Shown here one piece after another: positions 38,396-48,652 of a stretch of 64,000 nt of DNA. Positions within the stretch are counted from its first letter, which is position 1, and each line of letters begins with the position of its first letter. This stretch comes from an uncultured bacterium (GTDB taxonomy: Bacteria > UBP7 > UBA6624): contig CAXGSM010000001.1 of the NCBI GenBank assembly GCA_964012435.1, positions 95,414-159,413 of the forward strand, written 5' to 3'. A program made the translations under genes and the position numbers. Below the pieces are notes generated by a model. That model searched no databases. It was given only the letters and a program-made list of their open reading frames with translations, and was not told the origin of the DNA.

Positions 38396-39467
38396 TCCAC
38401 TGTCTCACAGGGGTGAGCCTACAGCCTTGTTTGACTTGTCTTTTGTCAAGAATGCTGTAGTAGATTTAAAATTAAAACCTGAAAACAAAGTTATCCTAGT
38501 GAGAGGTACGAATGGAAAAACTTCCACTTGTTTTTTCCTTGATTCAATCATAAGAAGAAATAAGTTAAGTTCAATTTGTTTTACATCCCCGCATATGCAT
38601 ACCCCTAATGAAAGAATCTTATTAAATGGCGTAAACCTAGCAATGAAAGATTTTTTTCATTATGAAAAAAAAATATCACGATATGAAAAGCGAAAATGCA
38701 AAAGAAAATTTACATATTTTGAGGCAGTTTTTTTGATTTGCTTGTTTGCAAATATTAAAAACAAGCCTGATTATTTAATTCTTGAAGCTGGCTTGGGTGG
38801 GCCTAAGGATGCAACAGCTGCAGTTAGTTTTGATTTATTGGTGCTGACCTCAATAGGTCTTGATCATCAGCTTTTTTTAGGAGAGACAAAAGAGCAAATA
38901 CTGATGTCCAAGATGTCTGACATTCAGGATGTAGAGACAATAACCCTTATTGAAAATAAAAAGTATGCTTATTTGAATTCTAAAAATATCAGATACATAG
39001 AGAATTATCATTCTGATCCTGATTTTTTATCTAAAAATAAAAATTTAGCAGAGGGTGTTGCCAGGCATTTAGGGCTTGAGGTAAAAAAAATAAATACAAC
39101 CGTAAGCGGTAGGTTTCAAATTCTAAGAAAAAAACCATTATTAGTTTTGGACGGAGCACATAACCCAGAAGGTTTGCGCTATTTGCATAAATATATTAAA
39201 AAATTTGAAATTAAAAAAGCACTGATAGGGATGAGAGATGGAAAGTTGAAAGATTGCAGATGCGCTATAGATGAATTTGGTTTTGAAAAAATAGCTTGGT
39301 GCAACCTGCCTAAACCTTGGCAGTCAGATGTTCCATTAGGTCATTGGAGTCACTTGAAAACTGATTCAGAAATATTAGAATGGATTCTTGCTGATGAAGA
39401 TTGTATTGTGTTTGGATCTTTGTATCTTGCATCTAAAATTTTAAAAATGTTAAAAGTGAAAAATTAA
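38361..39467 (+). CDS. folC: Mur-ligase family protein, folylpolyglutamate/dihydrofolate synthase-like
   Basis: P-loop VRGTNGKTST, LEAGLGG and DGAHNPEG blocks as in FolC. The start is uncertain: TTG 38361 overlaps pheS by 35 nt, and TTG 38427 is also possible. Confidence 0.6.
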   Translation: MKVDLNSLNNSDPLSHRGEPTALFDLSFVKNAVVDLKLKPENKVILVRGTNGKTSTCFFLDSIIRRNKLSSICFTSPHMHTPNERILLNGVNLAMKDFFHYEKKISRYEKRKCKRKFTYFEAVFLICLFANIKNKPDYLILEAGLGGPKDATAAVSFDLLVLTSIGLDHQLFLGETKEQILMSKMSDIQDVETITLIENKKYAYLNSKNIRYIENYHSDPDFLSKNKNLAEGVARHLGLEVKKINTTVSGRFQILRKKPLLVLDGAHNPEGLRYLHKYIKKFEIKKALIGMRDGKLKDCRCAIDEFGFEKIAWCNLPKPWQSDVPLGHWSHLKTDSEILEWILADEDCIVFGSLYLASKILKMLKVKN

Positions 39468-39468
39468 A

Positions 39469-39840
39469 ATGAAATTTGAATTTAAGAAATATTTGAATCA
39501 CATTTATTTTGCCTTTATTTTTATTTTTTCTGGCTACTTGATGATTAACTCTTATGCAGACAAGGACCCTTTTAGGTTTTTTGATAAAAAATCCAACCGT
39601 GTTCAGATTTATATTGGTTCTTTCTCAGACATGCAAGCCATGACTTCTTTTTTAGCTGATTTTACCGAATGGGGTAATCAGAAATACCTCAATGATTATC
39701 CGCCTCCATATGTTAAAGTGACAAGAGAGGATAGGACTATGGTTGTGACATGGGGGCCTTTTGAGGAAGAAGTTGCACAAGGGGCGTTGAAAGAAGTGTT
39801 AGAGAGGTGGAATATATTGGCAGAGGTTCGAGATGAGTGA
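39469..39840 (+). CDS. membrane-anchored protein with SPOR-like domain
   Basis: 123 aa. N-terminal TM helix, then VQIYIGSFSDMQAMTSFLADF...MVVTWGPFEEEVAQGAL, which resembles a SPOR repeat (vQvGsFs...A...yrV.vGPf). Confidence 0.4.
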   Translation: MKFEFKKYLNHIYFAFIFIFSGYLMINSYADKDPFRFFDKKSNRVQIYIGSFSDMQAMTSFLADFTEWGNQKYLNDYPPPYVKVTREDRTMVVTWGPFEEEVAQGALKEVLERWNILAEVRDE

Positions 39841-40822
39841 TTTTTCTTCTCTTTGGTTAGATTTAGATGAAAGCATTATTGTAAAACTTGACAAAGAGTG
39901 CGATAAGCTTTCTGGTGAGCCTGATGGTGAATGGTATGACGAGGTTCTTTCTCATGTTGCAAAAACAGGTGGAAAAAGAGTAAGACCTAAATTTTTGCTA
40001 GTTTTATTGAATTTTTTAAATTGCAGAATTGATGATAGATGCATTAAGTTGGGTGCACTTGTTGAAACTCTTCATCAAGTTAGTCTTTTACATGATGATG
40101 TAGTTGACGATGCGCCAAAAAGACGATCTGAAATAAGTGTGAATCTAGGCTGGGGCTCTAAAACTGCTATTTTGTTAGGTGATTTTTTATTAGGTAGAGT
40201 TCTGGAAGTCCTTTCAAACGACCCTGATAAAGATGTTATGAAGGATTTTGCAAGAGCATCTAGAGCCTTGTCAAGGGGTATTCTTTTAGAGCATGAGGCA
40301 AGGTACAACTTTGATGTTTCAGATGATCTTTTGTCTAGAATAGCTCAAGAAAAAACAGGTTCTCTTTTTAGGCTTTCGGCAGAAACTGCTGGAAGAATAG
40401 CAGGTTTAAATGATAGTAAAATTAAATCTCTTGCATTTGCTGGCGAATTGATTGGAGAAAGTTTTCAATTCATTGATGATTGTTTGGATTGGATTGGAGG
40501 AGAGTCTGTAGTTGGCAAGCCAACAGGCCATGATCTTTTGGAAGGGTTCGTTAACAGGCCACTAGTAAGACTCAGGGAGAAAGGTTTTATTTTAGCTGGA
40601 CACCCTCAAAAACATGATATTAAGAAATGGAAAACGTGGGCGAGTGAAAATATTGATGAAATAACCTGTTTAATGAATGATGAACAGATAATTGAAAAAT
40701 GTATTGAAGAGTCAGAATCCTTATTAAAAGAGGCTTTTGAGATTTTGAAAACAGTTTTGCCAAAAGATTCTGGTTTTGATCCTGGCTTTTGGCTCCAAAT
40801 CTTTTCTAGGAGGATGAAATGA
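39833..40822 (+). CDS. polyprenyl diphosphate synthase (IspB/HepT-like)
   Basis: 329 aa. First Asp-rich motif LLHDDVVDDAPKRR and second motif FQFIDDCLD. Confidence 0.85.
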   Translation: MSDFSSLWLDLDESIIVKLDKECDKLSGEPDGEWYDEVLSHVAKTGGKRVRPKFLLVLLNFLNCRIDDRCIKLGALVETLHQVSLLHDDVVDDAPKRRSEISVNLGWGSKTAILLGDFLLGRVLEVLSNDPDKDVMKDFARASRALSRGILLEHEARYNFDVSDDLLSRIAQEKTGSLFRLSAETAGRIAGLNDSKIKSLAFAGELIGESFQFIDDCLDWIGGESVVGKPTGHDLLEGFVNRPLVRLREKGFILAGHPQKHDIKKWKTWASENIDEITCLMNDEQIIEKCIEESESLLKEAFEILKTVLPKDSGFDPGFWLQIFSRRMK

Positions 40823-41727
40823 AAAACAAAGGTTGGATATTTATTTTTATTATTTTGATATTAACTTTTTTTATAGATGATGTCAGCTTAAGTCAAAATA
40901 TGGGCTCTCGTGTTGCCTTGCTCGAGATTAAAGGTCCGATAATGCAAGAATCTTCTGGCATTTCGGCAGGTAGCAGAGATATAGCAAATGCAATATTAAA
41001 TGCAGCTCAAAATAGTGAAGTGAGAGCTATTTTTCTCGACATAAATAGCCCAGGAGGTACTGTTGGAGGATCGCAAGAGATATATTGGGCTTTAAGAAAA
41101 TTTAGAGATTCTGATTATTCTTATCTTGGAGACGGTGGAGAGACTTTAAGTTCAAAAAAAATTGTTCATGCTTACATTGGCGAACTTGGAGCTTCTGGGG
41201 GTTATTATGCTGCAAGTGCAGCAAATCACATCTCCTCCCTACCCTCTTCGCTAGTTGGTTCGATAGGTGTTATATTTTCAAATTTTAACTTTGTTAAGAT
41301 GATGGAAAAAATAGGAATTGAAGATCAAACTTTCACAGCTGGCGAGTATAAGGATTTAGGTAGTTCGTTTAAAACTATGAGTGATGAAGACAGAAAGGTT
41401 TTACAGGAGATGATAGATGAATCCTATGATGTTTTCGTTAATGACGTTGCTTATGGTAGAAAGAATTTAAGTTTAGAGGAAGTAAAAGGTCTTGCAAATG
41501 GCTGGGTATACTCTGGAAACAAGGCTGTTGAAAATGGTCTTATTGATTCTGTTGTTTATAGCTACAGAGAGGCTTTGGATAATTTATGCTTAGAGGTTGG
41601 AGAGAAGGTCCAATGTGAAACTTACATGATTACACCTGAGTCTGACCCTTTTGCGGATATATTTAATCTTCTTGGGAGATTTGATCTATTGAATCATAAA
41701 TTTTTTACACTTTACCCTAATTATTAA
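40819..41727 (+). CDS. sppA: signal peptide peptidase SppA (36K type)
   Basis: 302 aa. N-terminal TM helix and the S49 catalytic block GELGASGGYYAASAANHI. Confidence 0.8.
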   Translation: MKNKGWIFIFIILILTFFIDDVSLSQNMGSRVALLEIKGPIMQESSGISAGSRDIANAILNAAQNSEVRAIFLDINSPGGTVGGSQEIYWALRKFRDSDYSYLGDGGETLSSKKIVHAYIGELGASGGYYAASAANHISSLPSSLVGSIGVIFSNFNFVKMMEKIGIEDQTFTAGEYKDLGSSFKTMSDEDRKVLQEMIDESYDVFVNDVAYGRKNLSLEEVKGLANGWVYSGNKAVENGLIDSVVYSYREALDNLCLEVGEKVQCETYMITPESDPFADIFNLLGRFDLLNHKFFTLYPNY

Positions 41728-41771
41728 TATAAAATAATGGTGAATTGCTTTAAATGGAGGCTGTTATTTAA

Positions 41772-42404
41772 ATGATAGTACAAGCACAACCCAGGGAGTT
41801 AATAATTACTTGCCTAAACTCTTATGCTAATTTCAATTTAGCTTATTGGAATTATGCTGACCCGGGAAAAATAATTAGATTCTGGGTTGGATACAGAGAG
41901 AGAGCTGAATTCTTGATTTCAGAAATGGAAGAATCTGATGAAAAAGAAGAAATGATAGCTAGGCTTTTCGAGGCCGACAGGGTTGTATTAAAGAAACGTT
42001 TAAACAATTTGAGATCCAAAGACTTTGTTAACTTGCCAAGATTTGATGTGCCTTTTGAAAGATGGTGGTGGTATATAGATTTAATTAAAACAAAATTTAT
42101 AAAACCTGAACCAGGTTTTGCAGGCAGTATGCCTCAATCGGTTTCGAAGCTTTTTGGCTTTGGTGTCGAAGAGGTCGTTGAGGAAGAGGTAGAAATAGAT
42201 TTGTCAAATTTAAAAATTGGCAAGGTTTGGATTGCACCAGGTTGTATTGTCTGCAACGCTTGTGAAGAAATATGCCCTGATGTTTTTGATGTTCAGGAAG
42301 AAACTTGCGTTATCCGCGATGATCCTAATTTGGAACTCGTGCAAGATATTGTTGATGCTGCTGATGCGTGCCCTGTAGAGGTTATTAAGTTCCAGCCAGC
42401 ATAA
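41772..42404 (+). CDS. protein with unknown N-terminal domain fused to a single-cluster ferredoxin domain
   Basis: 210 aa. The C-terminal 60 aa, CIVCNACEEICPDVF...DAADACPVEVI, have the CxxCxxC...CP ferredoxin pattern. The N-terminal 150 aa are unassigned. Confidence 0.6.
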   Translation: MIVQAQPRELIITCLNSYANFNLAYWNYADPGKIIRFWVGYRERAEFLISEMEESDEKEEMIARLFEADRVVLKKRLNNLRSKDFVNLPRFDVPFERWWWYIDLIKTKFIKPEPGFAGSMPQSVSKLFGFGVEEVVEEEVEIDLSNLKIGKVWIAPGCIVCNACEEICPDVFDVQEETCVIRDDPNLELVQDIVDAADACPVEVIKFQPA

Positions 42405-42407
42405 TCT

Positions 42408-43235
42408 ATGAAAAAAATAGGATTAAGGGTAAACCCGGTTGATAAAAGGGTTGATTCCTTTTTGCCTAAGATAATCGAAGATTTAGCATATTTTTCAATT
42501 GAACCCATAATATTAAATGAAGATGCTGAGCAGAAAGGTATGTATGTTGAGAAGAAAGCATATCTTAAAGACGATCTTGATTTGTTGGTTGTCTTAGGTG
42601 GAGATGGTACTATCTTAAACGCTGGACGAATGTCTGCCATGAGCCAAGTCCCAATTCTAGGAGTTTCTATAGGCTCTTTTGGTTTTCTAACAAGCACTGA
42701 CATTAGTGGCTTTAGAGAGACTTTCAAGTCAGTAATTGAAGGAAATTTTATTCTTGAAAAGAGACCTTTGCTTGAGGGCTTGATTAAAGAAAAATGTTTT
42801 TTGTCTGTAAATGATTTCGTTGTTTCCCATCATGGACATTCCTCAGTTTCTCCTTTTGAAATTCGAATAGATAAATCTGTCTTGAAGTATAAAGGTGACG
42901 GTCTTGTCATATCTACATCTACTGGATCCACAGCATACAACCTTTCCGCAGGTGGGCCTGTTGTTGATCCAGAAATGTCGTGCATGCTTTTAACCCCCAT
43001 TTGTGCTCATCTTATTGGAGTTAGGCCAATGGTTATTTCAGATAAAAAAGTTCTTGTATCAGCAATAAAATCAAAAAAATATTCACTTTCTGTAGATGGC
43101 CAGCATGCAGTTGATTTTTCAAATCTTGAATCACTGGAAGTAAGAATAAGCGACTTGTTCTTTAAGTTGATAAGAAGCCAGCAGTCTTCAGACTTTTGGA
43201 CGGTTGTAAAAGAGAAGTTTCACTGGGGTAATTAA
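42408..43235 (+). CDS. nadK: NAD kinase
   Basis: 275 aa. Carries the VVLGGDGTILNAGR and STGSTAYNLSAGGP motifs. Confidence 0.9.
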   Translation: MKKIGLRVNPVDKRVDSFLPKIIEDLAYFSIEPIILNEDAEQKGMYVEKKAYLKDDLDLLVVLGGDGTILNAGRMSAMSQVPILGVSIGSFGFLTSTDISGFRETFKSVIEGNFILEKRPLLEGLIKEKCFLSVNDFVVSHHGHSSVSPFEIRIDKSVLKYKGDGLVISTSTGSTAYNLSAGGPVVDPEMSCMLLTPICAHLIGVRPMVISDKKVLVSAIKSKKYSLSVDGQHAVDFSNLESLEVRISDLFFKLIRSQQSSDFWTVVKEKFHWGN

Positions 43236-43874
43236 TTGATTTACTTCTTTCTTTTTATGGACTGGCTGACGGTTGGTAAAGTTTATACCTATGAGGGCGT
43301 TTTGTTTCGTGATAAAGTTTTTTACGAGTCTAAAGAAGAGGTTGAGTCAAAGGTAGTTTACTACCTAAGTGTTATTGAGGAGAATGATAGCAACACTGTT
43401 AAAGTAAGCATTATCTGTCAGCCTAAAAACAAAGAATCTAAATTTAATGAAGTTCAAATTGATCTTTTGAGAGAGGTTTGTCTGCCTGAGTTGAAGATTG
43501 ATCTTGACAAAAAAACGCCCACACTTCCGAAGTATTTAGGATTTGGGCCATATGAGCTTCACCCTTATGACAAAGTCAAAAAAATGAAGGAAAATTTATA
43601 TAAAGGTAATTTTTTAGAGGGTAAAGTTAAGCATGATTGGCAGTTGAGATACATTCCTAAAGAAGAACAAAAAGGAGTTATGCTGGCCGGAGATTTGAAA
43701 ATAGAAAATGACAAAGGGTTGATCCCTACTAAAAAAAATTTAACATTTGATATTTTTTATATTTATGAGAATCAAAAAATAAAACATACAGAAATGGTTT
43801 TTGATTACCTTCTAGAGCCTTTTAATGTAAGCTCAACCTTAAGAATCCAGCTGAGGCTCATTGAAGATGCTTAA
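43236..43874 (+). CDS. hypothetical protein
   Basis: 212 aa from the TTG directly after the nadK stop, or 205 aa from ATG 43257. No motif recognised. Its coding status rests on ORF length and tight packing. Confidence 0.45.
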   Translation: MIYFFLFMDWLTVGKVYTYEGVLFRDKVFYESKEEVESKVVYYLSVIEENDSNTVKVSIICQPKNKESKFNEVQIDLLREVCLPELKIDLDKKTPTLPKYLGFGPYELHPYDKVKKMKENLYKGNFLEGKVKHDWQLRYIPKEEQKGVMLAGDLKIENDKGLIPTKKNLTFDIFYIYENQKIKHTEMVFDYLLEPFNVSSTLRIQLRLIEDA

Positions 43875-44451
43875 CCAGAGGTTTGATAAAAATTTAACCA
43901 GGCATGTCCCTGGTGAGTTTTCATTTGGATCTTTGATTGGAAAGTTTCTTCTTTCAGTGTTATCTATTATTTCGCTTTATGCTTTTGTTGTTTATGTTAT
44001 TGATTCAAAAGCTCAAAATGAAATTCCTGAAATTATTGAAATAATACCACCTCCAGGAGACCTCCCTCGCGAGCATATTGCATATGTTGAATTCAGCACA
44101 TCTTTAGATGAATGGTCTGTCTTTGATGGCCTTGTTTACAGGATACATAGGAAAGATGGTTCAATTTCCCAAAAGAAGAAGGTTTCAAGTGCTGGAAGAT
44201 TGATATTAAAAAATAATGGTAAAAGTTTAATATTTATGATCAATCATCAAAATCTACCTGTCGTCGGGGAAAGGATAATAGTCGACATTTCCGGTATTCG
44301 TTCAAAATCTGGGGTTGGTCTAAGTATGCAGTTTTTGGAATATCACATCACTGATGAAAAGCCTGATTTGTTATTTGAGCAACTGCTTACTAGGTTATCA
44401 CTTTCTGAATTAAAGGTTTTATGGGATGAATGGCTTTCAGGAAATTTATAA
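43867..44451 (+). CDS. hypothetical membrane-anchored protein
   Basis: ATG 43867 overlaps the upstream stop (ATGCTTAA). One TM helix (FLLSVLSIISLYAFVVYVI) followed by a beta-rich, possibly Ig-like, domain. Confidence 0.45.
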   Translation: MLNQRFDKNLTRHVPGEFSFGSLIGKFLLSVLSIISLYAFVVYVIDSKAQNEIPEIIEIIPPPGDLPREHIAYVEFSTSLDEWSVFDGLVYRIHRKDGSISQKKKVSSAGRLILKNNGKSLIFMINHQNLPVVGERIIVDISGIRSKSGVGLSMQFLEYHITDEKPDLLFEQLLTRLSLSELKVLWDEWLSGNL

Positions 44452-44500
44452 AGAACGCTAAAATAACAGAGTTTAAGTTTAAAGGGGAAATGGTTTAACT

Positions 44501-44737
44501 ATGTTGGTTGTTATCGCATTTATACAATTTTATAAATTTGTTCTATTCGCAAGAATTCTTTTAAGCTGGTTTCGTGTCAATTGGAGAAGCCGGTATTTCT
44601 TTTGGATTGCTGATGTAACTGAACCGATTTTAAGATTCGTTAGACCTCTTTTTCCAAAAATGGGAGGTATAGACTTTTCTCCTATTATTGCGTTTTATTT
44701 ATTAGATTTGATAATTGGAGTGTTGGCCAGATTATGA
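44501..44737 (+). CDS. YggT family membrane protein
   Basis: 78 aa with two TM helices. ARILLSWF...[23 protein letters not shown] matches the YggT pattern. Confidence 0.7.
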   Translation: MLVVIAFIQFYKFVLFARILLSWFRVNWRSRYFFWIADVTEPILRFVRPLFPKMGGIDFSPIIAFYLLDLIIGVLARL

Positions 44738-45963
44738 GTTATTTTTTTAGTGAAGATAAAGAGGTTGAAAATATAGTACATTCGGAAATATCCAGACTAG
44801 AAGAGGGTTTGGAGCTTATTGCAAGCGAGAATGTCGCAAGCAAAAATGTAATGCTTGCTCAAGGAAGCCCTCTAACAAACAAATATGCCGAAGGATACCC
44901 TTCAAAGAGGTATTATGGAGGTTGTGAGGAGGTTGACAAGGTTGAAAATTTAGCAATATCGAGAGCAAAAAGTATATTCAATTGCTCTTATGTTAATGTT
45001 CAGCCTCATTCTGGATCACAGGCAAATCAGGCAGTTTATTCAGCTTTACTTGAGCCAGGAGACACAATATTGTCATTATCTCTTTCCGATGGAGGCCACC
45101 TTTCCCATGGTCACTTTGTTACTCAAGTTGGAAAGATTTTTAAGATCTCTAACTATTCCTTGGATGAAAGAACGGAGCTTATTGATTTTGATAAAGTTAA
45201 AAAGGTTGCTTTTGAAACAAAGCCAAAATTAATAATTTGTGGATATAGCAATTATTCAAGAAAGATTGATTTTTCTTCTTTTAGAGATATTGCAGATCAA
45301 GTAGGCGCTTATCTCTTAGGTGACATTGCTCATATTTCTGGAATTGTTGCGGCAGGCAAGCACCCTTCCCCTTTTCCTCATTGTCATATTGCCACAACCA
45401 CAACACATAAAACATTAAGAGGCCCAAGAGGTGGCATGATCTTAAGTTCAGATCCTGATATTGCTAAAAAAATTGATAAAGCTGTTTTTCCAGGAATGCA
45501 AGGCGGGCCATTAATGCATGTTATTGCAGCTAAAGCTGTTGCTTTTAGAGAGGCAGCAAGCCCTTCTTTTAAAAATTACATAAATCAGGTTTTGAAAAAT
45601 GCAAAACATCTTTCTGGCTGCTTGTCAGATCAGGGTTTAAGGATAGTTTCTGGAGGAACTGATAATCATTTGTTTTCGTGTGATTTAAGAAATTGGAAAC
45701 TTACAGGCAAGGAAGCTGAAGCCTTGCTTGGAGACGCAGGCATAACGGTAAACAAAAACACAATTCCTAATGATCCTCAAAGTCCTTTTGTGACTAGCGG
45801 TATAAGGATCGGAACCCCAGCTATTACAACAAGAGGCATGAAGGAAACGGAAATGAAAGAGATTTCTAACCTTGTAGTCAAAGCGTTGAAAGAAAGGGTT
45901 AATCCTGCAAAAATTAAAAAAGAGGTACTTGAGCTTTGTCAAAAATTCCCCCTTTACACGTAG
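44734..45963 (+). CDS. glyA: serine hydroxymethyltransferase
   Basis: 409 aa. [22 protein letters not shown] and the PLP-lysine block [14 protein letters not shown]. Confidence 0.95.
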   Translation: MSYFFSEDKEVENIVHSEISRLEEGLELIASENVASKNVMLAQGSPLTNKYAEGYPSKRYYGGCEEVDKVENLAISRAKSIFNCSYVNVQPHSGSQANQAVYSALLEPGDTILSLSLSDGGHLSHGHFVTQVGKIFKISNYSLDERTELIDFDKVKKVAFETKPKLIICGYSNYSRKIDFSSFRDIADQVGAYLLGDIAHISGIVAAGKHPSPFPHCHIATTTTHKTLRGPRGGMILSSDPDIAKKIDKAVFPGMQGGPLMHVIAAKAVAFREAASPSFKNYINQVLKNAKHLSGCLSDQGLRIVSGGTDNHLFSCDLRNWKLTGKEAEALLGDAGITVNKNTIPNDPQSPFVTSGIRIGTPAITTRGMKETEMKEISNLVVKALKERVNPAKIKKEVLELCQKFPLYT

Positions 45964-46364
45964 CTTATCTATGTATAGGCTCAAATGTTGGCAACTGTAA
46001 TCTCCATTTAAAGAATGCCATAAAGGAAATTAAAAAATGGCCAAGAACTGAAGTTGTAAAAATTTCAAAAATTCTAGAAACAGAACCATATGGGCCTATA
46101 AAAAACCAGGATAATTTTTTTAACCAAATGATAAAAATTAAAAGTTTTTTAAATCCTTTAAGTGTTATTGATTTGATAGAAGTTACTGAGAACAAACTAG
46201 GAAGAGATAGAAAAAATGCTCTAAAAAAAGGCCCTCGCATAATAGATATTGATTTAATAATCTTTGATAGCTTGAAAATAGCTTCAAAAAGATTAACCTT
46301 ACCTCATCCTTCTCTTGGTTCAAGAGCTTATGTCTTGAAGCTTATGGAGGATATTGATGGTTGA
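45936..46364 (+). CDS. folK: 2-amino-4-hydroxy-6-hydroxymethyldihydropteridine diphosphokinase
   Basis: 142 aa from TTG 45936. [21 protein letters not shown] and LTLPHP blocks of HPPK. Confidence 0.8.
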   Translation: MSKIPPLHVAYLCIGSNVGNCNLHLKNAIKEIKKWPRTEVVKISKILETEPYGPIKNQDNFFNQMIKIKSFLNPLSVIDLIEVTENKLGRDRKNALKKGPRIIDIDLIIFDSLKIASKRLTLPHPSLGSRAYVLKLMEDIDG

Positions 46365-47208
46365 TTTTTTTTCAAAATTTAAGAGTGAGATGCAAGTTTC
46401 TTTCGATAATTTAATAGAGGAAGATAAGATTTTTCAAGATGTTACTACTGATTATTTAGAGATAAATGAAAAATCTATTTCTGAAATTACCTCTAGGGCG
46501 AATGGCTTTGTTTCAGGTATTTCAATTGTTAAATTTTTTTTCAATCATCTTAATCTTGATTACAGAATTGTTCATGAAGTTCAAGATGGTGATTTTGTTT
46601 CAAAGAATGATATGTTTTTTTCGTTCATCTTGAATGGTCCTGATGCATTGAGAACTGAAAGGATTGTTTTAAATCTAATCACTAGATGTTCATCAATATG
46701 TTCTGAAGTTAACAAATGGAAGAAAGTCACAGATCTTTATGGTGTAAAGCTTTTAGATACACGGAAAACCGCTCCTGGTAATCGTTATTTTGACAAGCAC
46801 TCTGTACTTATTGGCGGAGGTAATAATCATCGATTCAACCTGGAAGACGAAGTTTTAATAAAAGAGAATCATCTGGTTTTTTTTAAAAATTTGAGTTCCG
46901 CAATTCAGAATATTCAAAAAAATAATAAGTCCAAAACTGTTGTTGTTGAAGTTGAAAGCATGAAACAGCTTCAAGAGATTTATAAATTGGATTTTGATAG
47001 AGTTATTTTTGATAATTGGAAATATGAAAAAATAAGCGAAGGGATAAAGGTTGCAAGAAGTGGAAATAAAAAAGTAGAGCTATCTGGAGGCATAAATTTA
47101 TCAAATCTCAACTCATACTGCTTGTTGAAGCCTGATTTTGTTTCTGCTAGTTCTGTAACCAACCCCAGCAAAGATTTTGATATCTCAATGTTAATTAAAC
47201 GTTATTAG
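46354..47208 (+). CDS. nadC: nicotinate-nucleotide diphosphorylase (carboxylating)
   Basis: 284 aa. LLDTRKTAPGNRYFDKHSVLIGGGNNHRFNL..IKENH is the QPRTase core. Confidence 0.85.
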   Translation: MMVDFFSKFKSEMQVSFDNLIEEDKIFQDVTTDYLEINEKSISEITSRANGFVSGISIVKFFFNHLNLDYRIVHEVQDGDFVSKNDMFFSFILNGPDALRTERIVLNLITRCSSICSEVNKWKKVTDLYGVKLLDTRKTAPGNRYFDKHSVLIGGGNNHRFNLEDEVLIKENHLVFFKNLSSAIQNIQKNNKSKTVVVEVESMKQLQEIYKLDFDRVIFDNWKYEKISEGIKVARSGNKKVELSGGINLSNLNSYCLLKPDFVSASSVTNPSKDFDISMLIKRY

Positions 47209-47676
47209 GATTATTTGTGTTAGGTAGATTAAAGAAAAAGCAAATCTGCCAAAACCACTTGCCAAGACCCCTAATAAAGCCCCTTTTGCAACTGTTAAAC
47301 TTTTGTTTTTTGACCCATGAACCTTCATCTCCCATAAGAATGAACCTAAAAATGCACCTATGAAAACACCCCATGGGGGAATAACTGCAGCGAATAGGAT
47401 TATTCCAGCCAAGCATGCCCAAGGAGTTCCTTTTGATGATTTGTACTTCTTTAAAACTCCTGTTCTTATCATGTGCTCAATAACACTGTTTAAAATCCAT
47501 ACTGTAACGCCAATTATCAAAGGCAAAAAACCGTTGGCTTTATCGCTGTTTGTCCATGCTAAAAATGTCATAAATAATAAAAATTCAATGCATGGTATTA
47601 TCGGAAAAAAGCTTAAAAGTGAAAATATGACACTAAATATAACTATTATCCAATCTATGAACTCGATATTAAACAT
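47191..47676 (-). CDS. small integral membrane protein (possibly DUF456-like)
   Basis: 161 aa with four hydrophobic helices. Family assignment is tentative. Confidence 0.4.
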   Translation of the reverse strand: MFNIEFIDWIIVIFSVIFSLLSFFPIIPCIEFLLFMTFLAWTNSDKANGFLPLIIGVTVWILNSVIEHMIRTGVLKKYKSSKGTPWACLAGIILFAAVIPPWGVFIGAFLGSFLWEMKVHGSKNKSLTVAKGALLGVLASGFGRFAFSLIYLTQIILITFN

Positions 47677-47704
47677 TCAAAACTTATTTTAAAATATCCT
47701 CTTT

Positions 47705-48652
47705 ATGAATCGTAACGAATTAATAAATGAAATACAGCGTTTAAAGAAAGAGAAGAATGCTTTGATTCTTGCGCACAACTATGTTGAGGGCGAAATTCAG
47801 GATTTAGCTGATTACGTTGGAGACTCTCTTGGCCTTTCTAGAAAGTCAGCTGAAACGGATAATGAATTGATTGTTTTTTGTGCTGTTCACTTTATGGCTG
47901 AAACAGCTAGCGTTCTTGCTAAAGGAAAGCAAAGAATATTATGTCCTGATTTAAATGCGGGATGTTCTCTTTCGGAAACGATAACAGGTGACCAGCTCAA
48001 AAAATGGAAAAAAGAACATCCAGGCGCTATTGTTGTTAGTTATGTAAATACCTCAGCCGAAGTTAAAGCAGAGAGTGATTATTGTTGCACTTCCGGAAAT
48101 GCTCTAAATGTTGTTAGATCCATACCAAAAGACAAGGATATCTTGTTCTTGCCAGATATGTTCTTAGGGGCTTGGGTGCAGGAGGTTACTGGAAGAAAAA
48201 TGCATATATGGCCTGGTGAATGTCATGTTCATGCTTCACTTCCTCCAGAAAGAATTCAAGATTTAATGAAAGTTCATTCTGATGCTGATTTTTTAATACA
48301 TCCTGAATGTGGATGCTCAACTTCATGTATGTACCTGAGTTCAGTTGGAAAGCTTGAAAAAAAACCACATATCCTTTCTACAGCAGGAATGGTTAAGCAT
48401 GCAGAAAAAAGCAATGCTGAAACATTTGTTGTGGCTACAGAAACTGGTATTTTGCATCCTTTGAAAAAATCTTTGCCGAAAAAAGAATTTATACCTGCAT
48501 CAGATAGTATGGTTTGTCAATACATGAAAATGGTTACGCTTGAAAAGCTTTATGTCTCTTTAAGGGACGAGAAACACGAAGTTAAAGTTGAAGAGCCTTT
48601 AAAGAGCAAAGCTAAAAAAGCCATAGTTCGCATGTTGGAAATTGATGGCTAA
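47705..48652 (+). CDS. nadA: quinolinate synthase
   Basis: 315 aa. ILAHNYVEGEIQDLADYVGDSL, FCAVHFMAETA and the HPECGC block. Confidence 0.9.
   Translation: MNRNELINEIQRLKKEKNALILAHNYVEGEIQDLADYVGDSLGLSRKSAETDNELIVFCAVHFMAETASVLAKGKQRILCPDLNAGCSLSETITGDQLKKWKKEHPGAIVVSYVNTSAEVKAESDYCCTSGNALNVVRSIPKDKDILFLPDMFLGAWVQEVTGRKMHIWPGECHVHASLPPERIQDLMKVHSDADFLIHPECGCSTSCMYLSSVGKLEKKPHILSTAGMVKHAEKSNAETFVVATETGILHPLKKSLPKKEFIPASDSMVCQYMKMVTLEKLYVSLRDEKHEVKVEEPLKSKAKKAIVRMLEIDG

Noticed and set aside
46354-48652. nadC and nadA are present but nadB is absent from the cluster, which could mean a missing or novel iminoaspartate source.
   Set aside because: This cannot be judged from a 64-kb window. nadB or an aspartate dehydrogenase may be encoded elsewhere.
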